Source: a virus. Taken from it: a stretch of DNA of 16,533 bases. Positions 16,251-16,533 of the stretch are shown in pieces (the stretch's first letter is position 1; every line of letters begins with the position of its first letter). The DNA lies in the UHGV virus genome UHGV-1601610. One strand, given 5' to 3'. Position numbers and translations under genes: made by a program. The notes beneath the pieces are model-generated. The model was not told the DNA's origin, ran no database searches, and was given only the letters and a program-made list of their open reading frames with translations.

Positions 16251-16533
16251 GACCCCCACTGGGAGGACCCGACAGCCTGACAACCGTGACGAGCATCTGA
16301 AACAGAGCTTTACATAATGGCATGGGGATAATTCAGAAGGACATCACAGCATGCCCACACAAATTAGTGTGAGTGTCCTGTTTCTTACTACGCGCAGGAC
16401 TGACGAGCATGAGGGGAAAATACGCGAACCGAAATGCCTTATCTTCAGAAATGCAGCCGGCATCCGAACTGGACGATATGATCTTACCCAGCAATAGTGG
16501 ACACGCGGCTAAGTGAGTAAACTCTCAGTCAGA

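Noticed and set aside
16351-16497. Plus-strand 48-codon ORF (MPTQISVSVLFLTTRRTDEHEGKIREPKCLIFRNAAGIRTGRYDLTQQ) to the right of the cos site, with GAAGGA 9 nt upstream.
   Set aside because: Short, no recognisable motif, no hydrophobic segment or other structural signature, and it lies in what should be the non-coding extreme right end of the phage genome. Cannot be supported without conservation or expression data.
1-16533. Searched for accessory or defence cargo: morons, toxin-antitoxin pairs, restriction or abortive-infection genes, integrase, tRNA, CRISPR repeats, IS inverted repeats.
   Set aside because: None found. The coding strand is continuous, every gene is accounted for by the morphogenesis gene order, and the only non-coding stretches are the cos region and three short hairpin-containing spacers. 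Cargo in this prophage would be expected outside this window.

Overview
This window is an almost uninterrupted late (virion morphogenesis) operon of a cos-packaging lambdoid siphovirus prophage, all on the minus strand. Read 5'->3' on the minus strand (high to low coordinates) it runs: cos-like site and cosB-like region (16062-16250), terminase small subunit (Nu1-like), terminase large subunit (gpA-like), gpW-like, portal (gpB-like), one long ORF fusing ClpP-like prohead protease + scaffold-like linker + HK97-fold major capsid, a DUF2190-like protein, an FII-like head-tail joining protein, then lambda-like Z, U, V, G/G-T, H (tape measure), M, L, K, I and the first ~362 codons of J, which runs off the left edge. 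Genes are tightly packed with ATGA/TGATG/TAATG stop-start overlaps. The tail-tip end (J, I, K, L) matches what I remember of phage lambda very closely, whereas the head module is of the Gifsy-2/HK97 type. I found no tRNA, rRNA, CRISPR array, IS element, integrase, toxin or defence-type cargo, and no intergenic gap over ~90 bp except the cos region. The things worth a second look are a divergent cos core, cosB-like repeats with an IHF consensus, the G-T -1 frameshift site, terminator-like hairpins after the V and capsid genes, and the tripartite capsid gene. Everything is read by eye from the sequence and ORF track; similarities to lambda proteins are from memory, not from a search.
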